A stretch of DNA of 64,000 nucleotides from Clostridia bacterium (lineage in GTDB: Bacteria; Bacillota; Clostridia; UBA1381; UBA9506). A model generated the notes under the pieces. The model had not been told where the DNA came from. It did not search any database and worked only from the letters and a program-made list of their open reading frames with translations. This document shows, in pieces, positions 62,534 through 64,000 of this stretch. A program made the translations under genes and the position numbers. The stretch covers positions 8,485-72,484 of the forward strand of contig JAZNRE010000005.1 of assembly GCA_045590535.1 (NCBI GenBank), given 5' to 3'. Every line of letters begins with the position of its first letter. Positions within the stretch are counted from its first letter, which is position 1.

Positions 62534-63886
62534 ATGCCATCGGGCTTAACCAAAAAATATAATCTTTTTACGGCCATTTCCATGGTGGTGGGTATTGTCA
62601 TTGGCAGCGGTGTGTTTTTTAAGGCCGAAAAGGTGCTGTCTGTCACCGGCGGGGATATTAAACTGGGACTTTTGGCCTGGGCCCTGGGCGGTCTTATTAT
62701 GCTGATTTGTACCTATACCTTTTCTATTTTAGCAGGGCGGTATGAGTATGTCAGCGGTTTGGTAGACTATGCTGAAACCGGTTTGGGAAAAACCTATGCC
62801 TACTATGTGGGTTGGTTTATGAGCCTGGTCTATTATCCCTCCTTGGCTGCTACGCTGGCCTGGGTTTCGGCGCGTTACACCTGTCTTTTATTGGGTTTTT
62901 CGCCAGCAGAGGGCGAGGCCTTGACTCTTACGGCCTTTTTTTTGATTACCGCCTTTGCCGTTAACACTTTGGCGCCCGTAGTGGCCGGCAGAGTGCAAAT
63001 CACCTGCACGGTCATCAAGCTGATTCCTTTGGTTTTAATGGGAATTGTGGGCACTATTTTTGGCATTAAAAACGGCCTTTTGGTCGAAAATTTAGCCGGC
63101 AGCGCCTCCATTTTTGAGGGTGTGACTGTCTCTTTTCCCGCAGCACTGGCCGCAACGGCCTTTGCCTACGATGGCTGGATTGTTGCAACCAGCATTAACG
63201 CCGAGCTACGCAACGCTAAAAAGAACTTACCCAAAGCCCTTTTAACCGGCTCCTTCATCGTCGTCATCGCCTATCTTTTATATTACACAGGCCTTTCCGG
63301 TGCGTTGCCGAAAGTCTATTTTATAAAAAACGGAGAAACTGCCATTCGCCTGGCCTTTGAAACACTTTTTTCTTCTCTTGGTGGCGTGTTGCTCATTGTT
63401 TTTGTGATTATTTCCTGTTTAGGCACCTTAAACGGCATTATGCTGGGCTGCACGAGAAGTCTTTATTCTTTGGCCATTCGTAAAGAAGGTCCCCGCCCCT
63501 TTCTTTTTTCCCAGGTTGATGATGCCACCGGCATTCCGGTAAACGCAGGCATTTGGGGGCTCTTCATTTCGGTTTGCTGGTTGGTTTATTTTTACGGTGC
63601 TTCCTTCGGCAAGTGGTTTGGCCGCTTTAGCTTTGACATAACCGAATTGCCTGCCATTACCATGTATGCCCTTTACATCCCCATTTTTTTGGGCATGATG
63701 AAAAACGAAAAACAGCTTGATGGCTTTCGTCGGTTTGTGATGCCAACATTAGCCATTACAAGCTGTTTGTTCATCCTGTTAACTTCCTGCTATGCACACC
63801 GGGGCGAAATTTTGGGTTACTTTTTTGTGGTTTTTCTGCTGATGCTTTCAGCCGCTTTTTTTAATAAAAAGAACCGCAGATGGTAA
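62534..63886 (+). CDS. APC superfamily amino acid permease
   Basis: A 450-aa protein with about 12 TM helices. The N-terminal IGSGVFF motif is typical of APC transporters. Confidence 0.85.
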   Translation: MPSGLTKKYNLFTAISMVVGIVIGSGVFFKAEKVLSVTGGDIKLGLLAWALGGLIMLICTYTFSILAGRYEYVSGLVDYAETGLGKTYAYYVGWFMSLVYYPSLAATLAWVSARYTCLLLGFSPAEGEALTLTAFFLITAFAVNTLAPVVAGRVQITCTVIKLIPLVLMGIVGTIFGIKNGLLVENLAGSASIFEGVTVSFPAALAATAFAYDGWIVATSINAELRNAKKNLPKALLTGSFIVVIAYLLYYTGLSGALPKVYFIKNGETAIRLAFETLFSSLGGVLLIVFVIISCLGTLNGIMLGCTRSLYSLAIRKEGPRPFLFSQVDDATGIPVNAGIWGLFISVCWLVYFYGASFGKWFGRFSFDITELPAITMYALYIPIFLGMMKNEKQLDGFRRFVMPTLAITSCLFILLTSCYAHRGEILGYFFVVFLLMLSAAFFNKKNRRW

Positions 63887-63901
63887 CCGATAAAGCAAAA
63901 A

Positions 63902-64000
63902 TTATCGCCCCACACAAATATAGGGTCTTATGCTTTCAAAAATGCCGTCCCCAATGCCACTCACTTTCTTAACATCCCGCACCACCTTAAAGGGTGTTTG
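63902..64000 (-). CDS. C-terminal fragment of a ComEA-like helix-hairpin-helix protein (continues beyond the window)
   Basis: Manual translation of the minus strand gives ...TPFKVVRDVKKVSGIGDGIFESIRPYICVGR-stop. The VxGIGxxxxxxI motif is typical of the ComEA HhH tail. Only 32 codons are visible. Confidence 0.45.
   Translation of the reverse strand, partial: QTPFKVVRDVKKVSGIGDGIFESIRPYICVGR

Noticed and set aside
1-64000. I looked across the whole window for CRISPR arrays, tRNA/rRNA genes, transposases, integrases, phage modules, toxin-antitoxin pairs and known defence-system signatures.
   Set aside because: No regularly spaced direct repeats, no tRNA-like T-arm/acceptor sequences, and no ORF with recombinase, transposase or defence-type motifs were seen. 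Every large ORF has a plausible housekeeping or accessory metabolic assignment.

Overview
This 64-kb chromosomal segment appears to come from a spore-forming, Clostridia-class Firmicute. That assignment is an inference from spoIIGA-sigE, gerM, cwlJ-gerQ, a DUF1540 gene, GGAGG-type ribosome-binding sites and a T-box leader. I count about 57 tightly packed protein-coding genes, most of them housekeeping. They include zapA, carD, murD, galE, prsA-like/mfd/pth, recD2-miaA-mutL, the rseP-dxr-cdsA-uppS-frr-pyrH string, addA, and an NfeD/SPFH pair. I recognised no rRNA, tRNA, CRISPR array, transposase/integrase or phage genes. Several loci deserve a second look. (1) A translationally coupled five-gene operon at 53772-56973 encodes DRTGG, an HATPase-type kinase-like protein, an [FeFe]-hydrogenase-like protein, a second DRTGG protein and a PHP phosphoesterase. 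The hydrogenase-like protein keeps the four H-cluster cysteines but has Ala in place of the proton-relay Cys, so this looks like an uncharacterised H2/redox-sensing signalling module. (2) A T-box-controlled operon carries AspRS covalently fused to a GatC domain, followed by a short GatA paralog with a degenerate amidase signature and a normal GatB. (3) A GH172(DUF2961)/AraB-type kinase/FucI-family isomerase/AraC locus has a gene content that fits D-arabinofuranoside or D-arabinose catabolism. (4) An XRE-HTH::GlmM fusion is coupled to a stand-alone GlmU-like acetyltransferase and has a perfect 14-bp palindrome upstream. (5) Other items are three tandem M42 peptidase paralogs, two tandem RimK-type ATP-grasp ligases, an orphan OadB/OadG pair, a cluster of DnaA-box-like motifs, and GC-rich hairpin repeat elements. 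All functional calls come from reading the translated ORFs and motifs by eye. No database search was run.
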